64,000 nt of DNA from Vicinamibacterales bacterium (GCA_035575695.1 DATLXP010000078.1:1838-65837), one strand, 5' to 3'; counted from the first letter of the stretch, positions 1 through 10,794 are shown. Numbers and translations: made by a program. The notes: generated from the letters alone by a model not told the origin.

Positions 1-2
1 AC

Positions 3-347
3 GGTGCCGAGGCCGCCGCGCGGGCGTACTTCGGGAAGTCGGCAGCCGACCTTTCGCCGTCGGAGAGCGCACTCCTGGCCGCAGCGATCAGCAATCCTCG
101 ATCCTTGAACCCCGGGCGTCCCACGGCGAAACTTCGTCGTCGCCAGGCGATGGTGATGCGGCGCATGGGTGCCGTCACGCCTCCGCCCGTCGTCGCCCGC
201 GTTCCCGGGACGGATTCGAAAGACGCGGCGCCTCCGGCGATCGAACCGGTCCCCGCACTTCCGCCTGTGGAAGGACTGCCGACGGCGCTCCCGGGACAGC
301 AGATCGTTCCGCCAAAAAAACCGGGTGGCGGCGGTCCAGGTGGATAA
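3..347 (+). CDS. mtgA: Monofunctional peptidoglycan glycosyltransferase (GT51), C-terminal part; 5' end lies outside the window
   Basis: Frame-3 translation from the window edge reads GAEAAARAYFGKSAADLSPSESALLAAAISNPRSLNPGRP...RRRQAMVMRRMG, the conserved end of GT51 transglycosylase domains. A Pro-rich tail follows, then TAA at 345-347. No transpeptidase domain follows. Confidence 0.65.
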   Translation, partial: GAEAAARAYFGKSAADLSPSESALLAAAISNPRSLNPGRPTAKLRRRQAMVMRRMGAVTPPPVVARVPGTDSKDAAPPAIEPVPALPPVEGLPTALPGQQIVPPKKPGGGGPGG

Positions 348-355
348 GGCTCACC

Positions 356-385
356 TTGACACGTCTCGGCGCACCTATTTATAGT
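356..385 (+). promoter_or_regulatory. Sigma-70-type promoter candidate (TTGACA - 18 nt - TATAGT)
   Basis: TTGACA at 356-361 and TATAGT at 380-385, about 65 nt upstream of the ATG at 451. Near-consensus hexamers stand out in this GC-rich DNA. Confidence 0.45.
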
Positions 386-450
386 CGGCGCACGTTTCAG
401 CAAATCCAGCTCCCCCTGAAGCGACAAGGACGCGGTCGGAGGACCTTCCT

Positions 451-1290
451 ATGTCTCCGGCCGGCGTGTGTGTCGGCATGATCAATTACACAGAGCGCAT
501 GGCGCTACTGATGCAGAATGTTGTCTCGCGAACGGCGCGACTGTCCTTCATCGATCTCGGCGAAGTCATCGTGTTCGGGCGCTTCGGGCGCGCCGACGCC
601 GAGGGAGCGTTTGCGACGTGCCATTGCCTGACGCTGCCGGAAACTGACCCCGGCTACTTCTTCTGGCGGGACCGCGAGACAGGAGAGCTCACGCGCCAGT
701 CACCGTGGTTCGTGACGAAATCACCGCTCGTGCGCATCGGGCCGAAACAGATCAAGTACCTCATCTCGTTCGTCCTGCCGCGTTTCTGTGACCAGACGTT
801 GACACGGTCTCGTAAGGCTGACCTGTACCCGGGGGCCGAGCCCTGGGTGGCCAAGCTCGATACGGTCGTACACGAGCTTTACCACATCGATCCGGCGGAA
901 ACAGGCATCCGCGCCGTGCAGCGCGCCGACGGCACGAGGTCGCCGCGATCGCACGGGCCGATGTTCTATGAGGACGTGGCCGACATGGTCCACGCATATC
1001 TGGCGACCCGGCCGGATCCCCAGGTGTACGACTTCCTGAAATATGACTTCAGCGAGTTGAGCACGCATTATGGCGGGGTGGTCGGAACGACGTTCAAGAA
1101 CTTCCCGTCATTTCCGCAGCGGTACATGGAGGTGGTGGATCTGCCGGCGTCGGATCCGCGCGTCAGGATCGAGCCGATGAAGGCCGCCAGCCAGCCCTGC
1201 TTTTATACCGAAGACGACCTGCATATCCGGCAGTTCACGGATTCGAGCTCCCGCCGGCTGACCCGCAAGGGCCAGCACTGCGCGGCGTGA
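451..1290 (+). CDS. Hypothetical protein with HExxH metallopeptidase-like motif (SprT/DUF45-like arrangement)
   Basis: 279-aa ORF. VVHELYHIDP followed by SHGPMFYEDV resembles the HExxH...H..F signature of SprT/DUF45-type metal hydrolases. I cannot recognise a closer family by eye. Confidence 0.55.
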   Translation: MSPAGVCVGMINYTERMALLMQNVVSRTARLSFIDLGEVIVFGRFGRADAEGAFATCHCLTLPETDPGYFFWRDRETGELTRQSPWFVTKSPLVRIGPKQIKYLISFVLPRFCDQTLTRSRKADLYPGAEPWVAKLDTVVHELYHIDPAETGIRAVQRADGTRSPRSHGPMFYEDVADMVHAYLATRPDPQVYDFLKYDFSELSTHYGGVVGTTFKNFPSFPQRYMEVVDLPASDPRVRIEPMKAASQPCFYTEDDLHIRQFTDSSSRRLTRKGQHCAA

Positions 1291-1830
1291 TTACGGCGTG
1301 ACGCGCCGGGCGCCCACGAACCGCGAGCCCCAGTAGGTCGCAGCCAGCCGTTCGACCCGTACCGTTCCGCTCGATGACGGCGCGTGTACGAAAGCATCTC
1401 CGCCGACCGCGATGCCGACATGCGACGCCCCTGGCGCGGTGGTGCTGAAAAAGACGAGGTCGCCTGGCCGCAGGTCTGCAGTGGCGACGTTTCCCCCAAC
1501 TCGAAAGAGCTCCACAACCGTGCGCGGCACCGGCACCCCGTGCTGCGTGAACACGTACCAGACGAGACCGCTGCAGTCGAATCCTTTGGGATCCGCGCCG
1601 CCGTTCCGGTAGGGAATGCCACGAAGGCCCAGCGCGGTGCCGCTGATCTCGTACCCTCCGGTTCGAACCGGCCTGGTCGCCGTCGGCCTCACCCCTCCGT
1701 TCGGGAGCGACTCTGAGGGAGTCTCGGCGGACGATCTGCCGGGTTGAGGAAATGGGCGGGGCGTCGCGACGGTTGACGCGCAACCGCCGCAGACAAACGC
1801 CACCACCACCACCATTAGAAGGACACGCAT
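1291..1830 (-). CDS. NlpC/P60 (C40) cell-wall peptidase lipoprotein
   Basis: Signal peptide with lipobox (VVAFVCGGC). Catalytic Cys motif GFDCSGLVWYVF and downstream ASHVGIAV are typical of NlpC/P60. Confidence 0.85.
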   Translation of the reverse strand: MRVLLMVVVVAFVCGGCASTVATPRPFPQPGRSSAETPSESLPNGGVRPTATRPVRTGGYEISGTALGLRGIPYRNGGADPKGFDCSGLVWYVFTQHGVPVPRTVVELFRVGGNVATADLRPGDLVFFSTTAPGASHVGIAVGGDAFVHAPSSSGTVRVERLAATYWGSRFVGARRVTP

Positions 1831-1871
1831 GGGCTTCGAGCGGATTATCGGCTAGAATTGGCGCGATCTGT

Positions 1872-2405
1872 ATGGAGCAGACACTGCTGCTCAACGCCAC
1901 GTACGAACCGCTCAAGGTCGTCCATTGGCAGAAAGCGATTACGCTTTGGTGCCAGGGGAAGGTCGAGGTTATTTCTTCGTACGACCGGGAAGTCAGGTCC
2001 CCCTCGTTCAGTTTCAAGCTCCCCTCCGTCATCAGGCTGCTGCGCTACATCAAGATCAAGCGCAACATCGACTACGTCCCGTTCTCACGGGCCAACATCT
2101 ATGCGCGCGATGATCACTCGTGCCAGTACTGTGGGAAGGTGTTCCCAACGCTCGAGTTGACATTCGATCACGTGGTGCCGGTCGCCCAGGGCGGCCGAAA
2201 AGACTGGGAAAATATCGTGACCTGCTGCGTGGCCTGCAACCGCAGGAAAGGCGGCCGGACGCCGGCCGAGGCGCGCATGCACCTGATCCGGTTGCCCAGA
2301 CGTCCCGAAAAGGCGCCGGCCATCAGGATCACGGTCGGGCTGAAGAACGCGCCCGAAGGCTGGCGCGACTACTTCTACTGGAACATGGAGCTCGACGAGA
2401 GTTGA
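1872..2405 (+). CDS. HNH endonuclease family protein
   Basis: ATG at 1872; the longer ORF from 1752 begins with Arg/Pro-rich sequence that is unlikely to be coding. DHSCQYCG...FDHVVPVAQGG...NIVTCCVACNRRKG is an HNH / zinc-ribbon signature. Confidence 0.8.
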   Translation: MEQTLLLNATYEPLKVVHWQKAITLWCQGKVEVISSYDREVRSPSFSFKLPSVIRLLRYIKIKRNIDYVPFSRANIYARDDHSCQYCGKVFPTLELTFDHVVPVAQGGRKDWENIVTCCVACNRRKGGRTPAEARMHLIRLPRRPEKAPAIRITVGLKNAPEGWRDYFYWNMELDES

Positions 2406-2460
2406 CGACGGGTCGGGCCGGTCTCCCCGCCTCTCCGTTCCGCACTCATTCACTCACCGC

Positions 2461-3489
2461 ATGACATCACCCGCTCCATCCCGCATGACGGGTGTGCGCC
2501 CGTTATGGGCGGTCGAGGGTGGACGCCTGGAAGTCACCGGCACCGGCTTCAGCGTGGACCCCCTGCCGGAGGTTCGCGTGGGCGGCGTGCCCGCGCGGCT
2601 GTTTTCCGTGTCGACCCGCGCGCTCGGCATCACGGTCCCTGGGGGGCTGGAGGGGGGCCGCACACCCATCCGCATCGACAGCGCTCCAGGGGAGACCGCC
2701 TACGTGGACATCGGCGTGCCTCTCGCCACGGGCCTGCATCAGGTGGACAACCCTGCCTTCGACCGCGAGGGAAATCTGTACGTCACCTTCAGCGGATCCC
2801 GCGGTCAGCAGGCACCCGTGTCGATTTTTCGCGTTCGCCCCGATGGTGCGCGTGAGCCGTTTGTCTCCGGCATTCCGAATCCCACATCCCTGACCTTCGA
2901 TGCCGAGGGTCGGCTGCATGTCTCCAGCCGGTTCGACGGCACCGTGTACCGCATCGTTCCGGACGGCACAACGGCGGTCGTCGCCTCCGAACTGGGCGTG
3001 GCCTGCGGCATAGCGTTCGATCGCGACGGGGTGCTGTTTGTCGGCGATCGATCGGGCTCGATCCTGCGCGTCGAGGATGGGCGTGCCTCCACGATCGCGA
3101 CGCTGCCGGCGAGCATCGCCGCATTCCATCTCGCGTTCGGGCCCGACGGCAGCCTGTTCGTGACCGGCCCGACACTCGGCAGCCGCGACTCCGTCTACCG
3201 CGTGTCGATGGCGGGAGAGGTGGACGTGGTATACGGCGGGTTCGGCCGTCCTCAAGGCCTGGCCTTCGACGAGGAGGGCCGGCTGTACGTCGTTGACGCC
3301 CTTGCCGGGCGCGGCGGATTGTACCGGTTCGCCAGTGATACGTCGGGCGAGCCCGAGCACCTCGTCGAGGCAGGGGGTCTCGTGGGCCTCGCGTTCAGCA
3401 CCGAGGGTACGCTGGCGCTGGCGACTTCTGACACCGTCTATCGGCTGGACGCGGGTGTGCGAGGGCTGTTACCCTTCAGCCGTTTATGA
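2461..3489 (+). CDS. IPT/TIG-like domain protein with NHL/SMP-30-like beta-propeller repeats
   Basis: N-terminal Ig-like segment (LEVTGTGF...VRVGG), then repeated blades: FDREGNLYV, FDAEGRLHV, FDRDGVLFVGD, FDEEGRLYVVD. The stop overlaps the next start (ATGA at 3486-3489). Confidence 0.65.
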   Translation: MTSPAPSRMTGVRPLWAVEGGRLEVTGTGFSVDPLPEVRVGGVPARLFSVSTRALGITVPGGLEGGRTPIRIDSAPGETAYVDIGVPLATGLHQVDNPAFDREGNLYVTFSGSRGQQAPVSIFRVRPDGAREPFVSGIPNPTSLTFDAEGRLHVSSRFDGTVYRIVPDGTTAVVASELGVACGIAFDRDGVLFVGDRSGSILRVEDGRASTIATLPASIAAFHLAFGPDGSLFVTGPTLGSRDSVYRVSMAGEVDVVYGGFGRPQGLAFDEEGRLYVVDALAGRGGLYRFASDTSGEPEHLVEAGGLVGLAFSTEGTLALATSDTVYRLDAGVRGLLPFSRL

Positions 3490-4964
3490 ATCAATTGTTC
3501 ACGCGGAAGCCGATCTCCGAGCTGCTGGCCGAGAGCGGGCAGTCGCTGAAGCGCGTGCTGGGCGCCGGCGACCTCATCATGCTGGCGATCGGCGCCGTCA
3601 TCGGGGCGGGAATTTTCTCGTCGATCGGCACGGCGGCGGCCGGTGAAATCCTGCCGACGGGGGAAGTGGTCCGCTACGGAGCCGGGCCCGCGCTCGTGGT
3701 GTCGTTTCTCCTCCTCGGGGTCGTCTGCGGTCTGGCGGGGTTGTGTTACGCCGAGCTCGCGTCGATGATTCCGCAGGCCGGCAGCGCTTACGCGTATTCC
3801 TACGCCACGCTCGGCGAGCTGATCGCCTGGATCATCGGCTGGGATCTCATTCTCGAGTACGCGGTCGGGAACATCGCGGTGGCCATCGCCTGGAGCGGGT
3901 ACTTCAACTCTCTCCTCTCGGGGGTAGGCGTGGACCTGCCTGGATGGCTGACGCATGGGTACCGCACCGCGCTCCTCAGCTCCGATCCGGCCGTGCACGG
4001 CCTGCTACAGACGGCTCCGCATGTGGGGGGGATCCCCATCCTCCTCAACGTGCCTGCCGCGTTGATCGTGCTGGCGATCACGTGGCTGCTGTACATCGGG
4101 GTCAAGGAAACGACTCGCGCGAACAACGTCATGGTCGTCGTAAAGCTCCTCGTCCTCGCGGTGTTTGTCGGCCTCGGCGCGATGCACATCGACACGGCCA
4201 ACTACACGCCGTTTGCCCCCAACGGGTGGCGCGGGATCCACCAGGGTGCGGCGATCGTCTTCTTCGCCTACATCGGCTTCGACGCGATCTCGACCGCCGC
4301 CGAAGAAACGAAGAATCCGCAACGCAACATGCCGATCGGGATCCTGGGTGGCCTGGCGATCTGCACGGTCATCTACGTGGTCGTGGGCCTCGTCGCGACT
4401 GGCCTCGTGCCTTACGCCCAGCTCAAGGCGGCCGACCCGCTCGCGCGCGCCCTCGAAGTTGCGGGACTACCGATCGCCAGCTGGTTTGTGGCTTTCGGTG
4501 CGGTCGTGTCCCTTTCGGCGGTGCTGCTGGTCTTCCAATACGGCCAGCCGCGTATCTTCCTGGCGATGGCGCGCGACGGCCTGCTGCCGCAGTGGGCCGC
4601 GAAGGTCCATCCCAAATACCGGACTCCGCACGTGACGACCGTGGTGACCGGCGTGGTTGTGGCGATCGGCAGCCTCGTGATGGACGAGAACGAAATCTAC
4701 GACCTCACGAATATCGGCACCCTGTTCGCCTTTGCGATCGTCTGCATCGGCGTCCTGGTGTTGCGGCACACGGAACCGGAACGGCCGCGTCCCTTCCGCG
4801 TCCCCTTCGTATGGGTGGTCAGCATCGGGGGCGCGGCAGCGTGCATCTACATCATGAAGGGTCTCCCGACTCACGCGTGGGAGCGGTTCGGCATCTGGCT
4901 GGCCCTCGGACTCGCGTTGTACTTCTTCTACGGGTATCGTCACAGCCGGCTCCGGAAGGGATAG
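3486..4964 (+). CDS. APC-superfamily amino acid permease
   Basis: 492 aa with many hydrophobic segments. [20 protein letters not shown] and [24 protein letters not shown] are typical amino-acid/polyamine/organocation transporter motifs. Confidence 0.85.
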   Translation: MNQLFTRKPISELLAESGQSLKRVLGAGDLIMLAIGAVIGAGIFSSIGTAAAGEILPTGEVVRYGAGPALVVSFLLLGVVCGLAGLCYAELASMIPQAGSAYAYSYATLGELIAWIIGWDLILEYAVGNIAVAIAWSGYFNSLLSGVGVDLPGWLTHGYRTALLSSDPAVHGLLQTAPHVGGIPILLNVPAALIVLAITWLLYIGVKETTRANNVMVVVKLLVLAVFVGLGAMHIDTANYTPFAPNGWRGIHQGAAIVFFAYIGFDAISTAAEETKNPQRNMPIGILGGLAICTVIYVVVGLVATGLVPYAQLKAADPLARALEVAGLPIASWFVAFGAVVSLSAVLLVFQYGQPRIFLAMARDGLLPQWAAKVHPKYRTPHVTTVVTGVVVAIGSLVMDENEIYDLTNIGTLFAFAIVCIGVLVLRHTEPERPRPFRVPFVWVVSIGGAAACIYIMKGLPTHAWERFGIWLALGLALYFFYGYRHSRLRKG

Positions 4965-5060
4965 CGAACGGCCGCATCACGGGCCTCAGCCCAGCTGTAA
5001 CGCGTCCCTGCGTGGTAAAATGTCCGTTTCGGACTGCTGCAGAAAGCCACGCAGAGGGGT

Positions 5061-7910
5061 ATGGCCCACGACTGGATCGCGGTGCGGGGAGCACGCGTCC
5101 ACAACCTCAAAAACGTTGACGTCGACATTCCGCGCGACCGCCTCGTCGTACTGACGGGCCTGTCCGGGTCTGGCAAGTCGTCGCTCGCCTTCGACACGAT
5201 CTACGCCGAAGGCCAGCGGCGCTATGTCGAGTCCCTCTCCTCCTACGCGCGTCAGTTTCTCGAGCAGATGGAAAAGCCGGACGTCGATCTGATCGACGGG
5301 CTGTCCCCGGCCATCGCCATCGAACAGAAGACCACAGGATCCAATCCCCGGTCCACGGTCGGTACCGTCACCGAGATCTACGACTATCTCCGCCTTCTTT
5401 TTGCGAACATCGGCGTTCCGCATTGCCATTTGTGCGGACGCGCCATCGCCTCCCAGTCGCTCGAACGCATCGTCGACATGGTGATGCTGTCGCCGAATGA
5501 CGAACGGGTCAACGTGCTGGCGCCGATCGTGCGCGGACGCAAGGGTGAGTTCAAGAAGGAACTGGCTGCGCTCCGCGCCCGCGGGTTCACGAAGGTCCGC
5601 GCCGACGGCCAGATGAAATCGCTCGACGACGACCTGAAGCTCGATCGCCGGCGCAATCACACGATTGAAGTCGTCGTCGACCGCGTGATCCTCAAGGCCG
5701 GCATCGAACGGCGGCTGACCGAGTCGGTGGAGATCGCGCTCGGCCTCGCCGAGGACATCGTGATCATCAACACGCTCGACGGGGGTGACCGCCTGTTCTC
5801 CCGCCGCCTCGCCTGCACCTACTGCGGCGTCAGCATGCCGGAGATGACTCCGCGGGCCTTTTCGTTCAACTCTCCGCACGGTGCGTGCCCGGACTGCCAG
5901 GGGCTCGGTGCCGTCTACGACTTCGATCCGGCGCGGCTGGTTCCCGACGAGTCCCTGTCGCTGGCCGACGGCGCGATCGCGGCCTGGGTCAAGGGAGACA
6001 AGAAGCTCATTCGGGAGGCGCTCAATACCCTGAGCCGGACGTTTGGTATCGACCTCGCGCTCCCGTTTCGACGTCTGCCGCGGAAACTGCGAGAGTTGGT
6101 GTTCTTCGGGGCCGGCGGCCCGAAGCGCGCGGACGATACGACGCGGAAAAAGACCAAGGCAGCCGACAAGGATCCATTCGGCGCCGGCTTCGAGGGGCTC
6201 ATCCCGAATCTTCGGCGGCGCTACGAAGAGGGCACCTGGCTCGAGCAGGAGAACCTCGAGCCGTACCGGTCGCTTCGCCCGTGCCGCACGTGCACGGGTG
6301 AGCGCCTGAAGTCGCAGAGCCTCGCCGTGCGGGTGAAGGGGCGCACGATCTCGGAGTTCGTGAACCTCCCGATCAGCGAGGCGGTTCGCGTGTTCGACGT
6401 CCTGGAACTCTCCGACCGTGAAGCCTTGATCGCGAGCCGCATTCTTCGCGAGATCCGCGACCGCCTCCATTTTCTGGACGACGTGGGTGTGGGATACCTG
6501 ACGCTGGCGCGGAGCGCGGCGACGCTGTCGGGCGGCGAGGGGCAGCGCATCCGGCTGGCGACACAGATCGGATCCAATCTCACGGGCGTGCTGTACGTGC
6601 TCGACGAGCCGTCCATCGGCTTGCACCAGCGTGATAATCGCGCCCTGCTCTCGACGCTTGCGCGGCTTCGCGATCTGGGTAATACCGTCATGGTCGTCGA
6701 GCACGACGAAGAAACCATCCGCACGGCGGACTACGTCGTCGATCTGGGCCCGGGTGCCGGCGAGCATGGCGGGCAGGTGATCTACCAGGGGCCTCCCGCG
6801 GGTCTGCTCGTGGACGGCAACGGCTCACTGACGGGTGCATACCTGCGCGGCGAGCGCTCGATTCAGACGCCTCGCTCGAGACGGCCCATCACGCGAGGGG
6901 AAGTCGTCATCCGCGGTGCGCGCGAGAACAACCTGAAGGATATCGACGTCAGCATTCCCCTCGGTGTCCTGACGACCGTGACCGGTGTCAGCGGCTCAGG
7001 CAAGTCGACACTCGTCAACGAGATCCTGTACAGGGCCCTGGCGCGAATTTTCTATCGCTCGGCCGACGAGCCAGGCGCGCACGCGAGCATCGACGGCATC
7101 GAACTGCTCGACAAGGTGATCCAGATCGACCAGTCACCGATCGGCCGTACGCCACGTTCGAACCCGGCGACCTACACGGGCCTCTTCACGTTCATCCGTG
7201 ACCTGTTCGCGATGCTCCCCGAGGCCAAGGCTCGCGGATTTCGTCCCGGGCGGTTCTCGTTCAACGTCAAGGGCGGGCGGTGCGAGGAGTGCCAGGGGGA
7301 CGGCGTGATCGCCATCGAGATGCACTTTCTGCCGAATGTCTACGTGACATGCGAGCAGTGCAAGGGGCGCCGGTACAACCGCGAGACGCTCGAGATTCGA
7401 TACCGCGGCAAGTCGATCGCGGACGTGCTGGACCAGACGGTCGACCAGGCCCTGCCGCTGCTCGAGAATTTCCCGGCGATCGCCAACAAGCTCCGCACGT
7501 TGCAGGACGTGGGCCTGGGGTACGTGCAGCTGGGTCAGTCGGCGACCACGTTGAGCGGCGGCGAAGCGCAGCGCGTGAAACTGTCGAAGGAACTGTCGCG
7601 TCGCGGAACGGGCCGAACGCTCTACATCCTCGACGAGCCGACGACGGGCCTGCATTTCGCCGATACCCACAAGCTCCTCGACGTGCTCAACAAGCTCGTC
7701 GATCAGGGCAACACCGTGGTTATCATCGAGCACAACCTCGATGTCATCAAGTCAGCCGATTACGTGATCGACCTCGGCCCCGAAGGTGGGCAGGCAGGCG
7801 GGCGGGTCGTGGCGAAGGGGACTCCTGAGGACGTGGCCAGGAGCCGAGAATCCTTTACAGGACAGTTTCTCGCGGAGATTCTCAATCGACCGGCAGCAGC
7901 GGCATCTTGA
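5061..7910 (+). CDS. uvrA: Excinuclease ABC subunit A
   Basis: 949 aa. Two ABC modules ([18 protein letters not shown]; LSGGE signatures) and zinc-finger motifs ([16 protein letters not shown]). Collinear with UvrA throughout. Confidence 0.97.
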   Translation: MAHDWIAVRGARVHNLKNVDVDIPRDRLVVLTGLSGSGKSSLAFDTIYAEGQRRYVESLSSYARQFLEQMEKPDVDLIDGLSPAIAIEQKTTGSNPRSTVGTVTEIYDYLRLLFANIGVPHCHLCGRAIASQSLERIVDMVMLSPNDERVNVLAPIVRGRKGEFKKELAALRARGFTKVRADGQMKSLDDDLKLDRRRNHTIEVVVDRVILKAGIERRLTESVEIALGLAEDIVIINTLDGGDRLFSRRLACTYCGVSMPEMTPRAFSFNSPHGACPDCQGLGAVYDFDPARLVPDESLSLADGAIAAWVKGDKKLIREALNTLSRTFGIDLALPFRRLPRKLRELVFFGAGGPKRADDTTRKKTKAADKDPFGAGFEGLIPNLRRRYEEGTWLEQENLEPYRSLRPCRTCTGERLKSQSLAVRVKGRTISEFVNLPISEAVRVFDVLELSDREALIASRILREIRDRLHFLDDVGVGYLTLARSAATLSGGEGQRIRLATQIGSNLTGVLYVLDEPSIGLHQRDNRALLSTLARLRDLGNTVMVVEHDEETIRTADYVVDLGPGAGEHGGQVIYQGPPAGLLVDGNGSLTGAYLRGERSIQTPRSRRPITRGEVVIRGARENNLKDIDVSIPLGVLTTVTGVSGSGKSTLVNEILYRALARIFYRSADEPGAHASIDGIELLDKVIQIDQSPIGRTPRSNPATYTGLFTFIRDLFAMLPEAKARGFRPGRFSFNVKGGRCEECQGDGVIAIEMHFLPNVYVTCEQCKGRRYNRETLEIRYRGKSIADVLDQTVDQALPLLENFPAIANKLRTLQDVGLGYVQLGQSATTLSGGEAQRVKLSKELSRRGTGRTLYILDEPTTGLHFADTHKLLDVLNKLVDQGNTVVIIEHNLDVIKSADYVIDLGPEGGQAGGRVVAKGTPEDVARSRESFTGQFLAEILNRPAAAAS

Positions 7911-8006
7911 GAGGGGACGGCGCATGATCAGCCTTGGACAAGATTCATGGTGTGGTAAAACAGCCACAAATGCCGATGTTGCTTCTGTGGCTGAACAGCC
8001 ACAAAC
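7911..8006. repeat. Degenerate copies of the GGGGACAGCCACC repeat family in an AT-richer spacer upstream of lpxC
   Basis: GAGGGGACGGCGCATGATCAGCC at 7911-7933, ACAGCCACAAAT at 7960-7971, inverted TGTGGCTG at 7986-7993 and ACAGCCACAAAC at 7995-8006. Confidence 0.35.
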
Positions 8007-8153
8007 GTTGTCGTCGCCCGCAAGAACCGCATGCCACCACATCATCGAAGTTCAATGTAATCAGTTAGTTACAGCCAAGTTTTCGGGCCTGATATCGTTG
8101 GCTGGAAGTTTGCTCAGCTGGGGGATTAGTTCCCCCCACTTGCTAGAGAGGCT

Positions 8154-9074
8154 ATGAACGCTCAGCGCACACTGCGTCGCACAGTTTCCTGCACCGGAAT
8201 CGGTCTGCATTCCGGCAACAAGGTCACCCTGACGCTCAAACCGGCCCCGGCTGACTATGGCATTCGTTTTCAGCGCAGCGACCTTGGGGGGCTCGAAATC
8301 CCGGCCACCGTCACGCATCTGGGTGGTATCCAGTACCAGACGGGGCTGACGCGAGAGGCCGTGTCGGTCGAGACGGTGGAGCACCTGCTGGCGGCCCTGA
8401 CCGCCCTCGGCATCGACAACGCCATTGTCGAGCTCAATCACCCTGAAGTGCCGATCATGGACGGCAGCGCCGCGCCATTCGTGCATCTGATTCTGAACGA
8501 AGCAGGCGTGAAGAAGCTCCAGGCGCCGCGGCGCTATCTGAAAGTGCTGCGTCCGATCTCCTTGACGCAGGGGGACAAGCGCATCGCGCTCTATCCGTCC
8601 GAGCATCTCAAGGTCACCTACAGCATCAGCTTCGATCATCCCCTGCTGCGCCACCAGTCGCGGACGATGAGGATCAGCGAAGAGAGCTTTGTCGAAGACA
8701 TCGCGCCGGCGCGGACGTTTGGTTTCCTCAAGGAAGTCGAGATGTTGCGGCAGCGCGGCCTGGCACTCGGCGGGTCGCTCGACAACGCCATCGTGCTCGG
8801 CGAGACCGGCGTGCTGAACAACGCCCTGCGGTTCGATGACGAGTTCGTCCGCCACAAGATTCTCGACGTGATCGGGGATCTCACGCTCGTGGGTCACCCG
8901 GTGATCGGCCATGTCGTCGCGCACCGGGGGGGGCACGCCCTGCATACGGCCTTTGCGGCGAAGATTCTCGAAGAACGTGACGCGTGGAAGCTGATCGAAG
9001 CGCCAGCGGATCCCGAATCGATCATGCTGCCCGCGACGAAGGCCCTCGGCGCGGCGGCACGGTTGGCCAATTAA
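8154..9074 (+). CDS. lpxC: UDP-3-O-acyl-N-acetylglucosamine deacetylase
   Basis: 306 aa. N-terminal TVSCTGIGLHSG; HKILDVIGDL and HRGGHALH motifs characteristic of LpxC. Confidence 0.95.
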   Translation: MNAQRTLRRTVSCTGIGLHSGNKVTLTLKPAPADYGIRFQRSDLGGLEIPATVTHLGGIQYQTGLTREAVSVETVEHLLAALTALGIDNAIVELNHPEVPIMDGSAAPFVHLILNEAGVKKLQAPRRYLKVLRPISLTQGDKRIALYPSEHLKVTYSISFDHPLLRHQSRTMRISEESFVEDIAPARTFGFLKEVEMLRQRGLALGGSLDNAIVLGETGVLNNALRFDDEFVRHKILDVIGDLTLVGHPVIGHVVAHRGGHALHTAFAAKILEERDAWKLIEAPADPESIMLPATKALGAAARLAN

Positions 9075-9082
9075 TCAGACAC

Positions 9083-9143
9083 GCCCGACCTGAAGGTCGG
9101 GCCTACTCTTCACACACCTGTAGGCCCGGCCTTCAGGCCGGGC
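9083..9143. repeat. REP-like hairpin pair (GTAGGCCCGACCTTCAGGTCGGGC family), inverted orientation
   Basis: GCCCGACCTGAAGGTCGGGCCTAC at 9083-9106 and GTAGGCCCGGCCTTCAGGCCGGGC at 9120-9143, between the convergent lpxC and radical-SAM genes. Confidence 0.8.
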
Positions 9144-9157
9144 GTGGGCACGTACGG

Positions 9158-10465
9158 TCAGATCACGAGCAGCGTCTTCGTCGTTGTGGGCGAGCCGCAG
9201 GCCTCGAACCAGTCAATCCCTTCCGACACCATATCGAATTTCAGTGCGTACCGGCCCGGCGCGTCCGGCGCCGTGATCGTGATGGGGATGTCGGTCGCGC
9301 CGCCGCCGGGCAGGCTCGCGGGCAGCCAGGCCCGCTCGTAGTCGCGGTTGATGAGCGTGCCGTCGGCGGAGCAGAGCTGCGCGCCGAGGCGCACAAGACG
9401 CCGTCCGTAGCTCGCCTGCGCGGGGAACGCGCGGCTCGACGCGTTGGTCACGCGGGTGTGGATCGTCGTCTTGCGGCCACGGCGTGAGACGAGGGGCAGG
9501 CCCCGCAGCGTGCCACCGACCGTGATTTCCGCGCGCGGCGTGGCTCCCGGGATCGCGTTTCCGAGATTATTCGCGTCCCAGATCTCGTGACGAATGGCCT
9601 CCAGCTCTGCGCTGCCTTTCACGAACCGTCGCGAAAACATGTCCTCGGGGTGATCGGTGAGCTCCCAGCACAGGCGATCGATGCCGAGATCGGCAGCCAT
9701 CCTGCGAGCGAGGTCCATCTCCTCGTCGGAATCGTTGTGCGTGAAAAGGATGTAGCGCCAGTTGATGAAGGGGATGTCGCGGCCCGAGTCCCGCTTGGCT
9801 CGTGCGGCGGCCGCCAGGTTCCGCATGGCCTTCGCGAAATCGCCCCGCTGCCGGTACTTGACGTAGCTCTCGGCGGTTGCCCCGTCGATCGAAAACGTGA
9901 TCTCGTCGATCCCCGAGTGGACCAGCCGGGCAGCACTCTCTTCGGTGAACGCGAGGCCATTGGTGCTCGAATACAGGTAGATGTGCGGGAAGCGCGCCTT
10001 GATGTACTCGCACATCTCGATCGCCCGTTTGTGGAGGAACGCCTCGCCATAGTTGAAGAAGTCGACACGGGCGAGCGAAGGTCCGGCCTCGTCAATGACG
10101 CGCGTGAACAGATCGAAGTTCAGCATCCCGGCCTGCCGGGTCCGCGTGATGCCCGTCTCGGGCGCGCAGCACGCCTGGGCGCACGAGATGTTGCACGCGG
10201 CCGTGCATTCCACATAGAGCCGGGAGGGGAGCGAGCCCACGTCGACGCCGCGCTGCGGGGGCTGTTGATCTTTCGCGAGGGGCAGCTTCAGCGGACAATC
10301 GCCGCAGAACTTCGACCCGCCGCCGTTGATGGCGGTCCGCAGGCCCGCCGCGGTCTCGCCGGTCCATACAGCCGAGACGGACTCGGTTCGGGCATCGCCG
10401 AGCACGCGCTTGCCGTAGGGGTCCGCACACCCGCACACGAGTCTGCCGTCGCAGAGCAGCGTCAT
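9158..10465 (-). CDS. Radical SAM-like enzyme with N-terminal Cys-rich SPASM/twitch-like segment and C-terminal beta-sandwich-like domain
   Basis: 435 aa. Cys cluster ECTAACNISCAQACC, followed by FFNYGEAFLH and STNGLAF strands typical of radical-SAM TIM barrels. The N-terminus reads CDGRLVCGC...AVW...LR...FCGDCPLK. Confidence 0.7.
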   Translation of the reverse strand: MTLLCDGRLVCGCADPYGKRVLGDARTESVSAVWTGETAAGLRTAINGGGSKFCGDCPLKLPLAKDQQPPQRGVDVGSLPSRLYVECTAACNISCAQACCAPETGITRTRQAGMLNFDLFTRVIDEAGPSLARVDFFNYGEAFLHKRAIEMCEYIKARFPHIYLYSSTNGLAFTEESAARLVHSGIDEITFSIDGATAESYVKYRQRGDFAKAMRNLAAAARAKRDSGRDIPFINWRYILFTHNDSDEEMDLARRMAADLGIDRLCWELTDHPEDMFSRRFVKGSAELEAIRHEIWDANNLGNAIPGATPRAEITVGGTLRGLPLVSRRGRKTTIHTRVTNASSRAFPAQASYGRRLVRLGAQLCSADGTLINRDYERAWLPASLPGGGATDIPITITAPDAPGRYALKFDMVSEGIDWFEACGSPTTTKTLLVI

Positions 10466-10524
10466 CGTGCTCCACGGCCACGAGCAGGTGAACCGGGTGG
10501 CGAGATAGTTGAGAGACAGGGTGG

Positions 10525-10794
10525 CTACGCTTTCCGCGTCAGCTTCTTCATGTAGGCGCCGAGACGCTCGTTCTCGTAGGACACGAAGTTCAGAAAGAGG
10601 CTCTCCGACAGATACTGACGGCGCTCGCCGTCGGTCATCTGGTCGATCACGCCCTGGATCTCCCGGACGGTGTCCTCGAAGGAGTGATCGAGCTCCCGCT
10701 TCGCGGTCACCTCCAGGTACAGCGTTTCGAGCACCTTCAGGAGATCGCCGTCGAGTTCCACTCCCGCGCCGTTCGTCAGTTTGATCGTGCGCAT
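10525..10794 (-). CDS. Hypothetical acidic 89-aa protein (no recognisable family)
   Basis: ORF starting 3 nt downstream of the STAS gene stop and ending 59 nt upstream of the radical-SAM start, on the same strand. GC-rich third codon positions are consistent with coding. Confidence 0.5.
   Translation of the reverse strand: MRTIKLTNGAGVELDGDLLKVLETLYLEVTAKRELDHSFEDTVREIQGVIDQMTDGERRQYLSESLFLNFVSYENERLGAYMKKLTRKA

Noticed and set aside
1872-2405. HNH endonuclease as part of a restriction or defence system
   Set aside because: No methyltransferase, ATPase, helicase or other defence partner is adjacent. The neighbours are a cell-wall peptidase and a beta-propeller protein. Small stand-alone HNH proteins of this type appear to be common in chromosomal contexts.
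4986-6767. 593-aa ORF antisense to uvrA, and similar long antisense ORFs (e.g. 42880-44442, 54699-56255, 22390-23169, 8061-8945, 15626-16834)
   Set aside because: Each lies opposite a gene with unmistakable homology-type motifs. Their translations are Arg/Ala/Pro/Gly-rich low-information sequence, typical of stop-poor antisense frames in GC-rich DNA.
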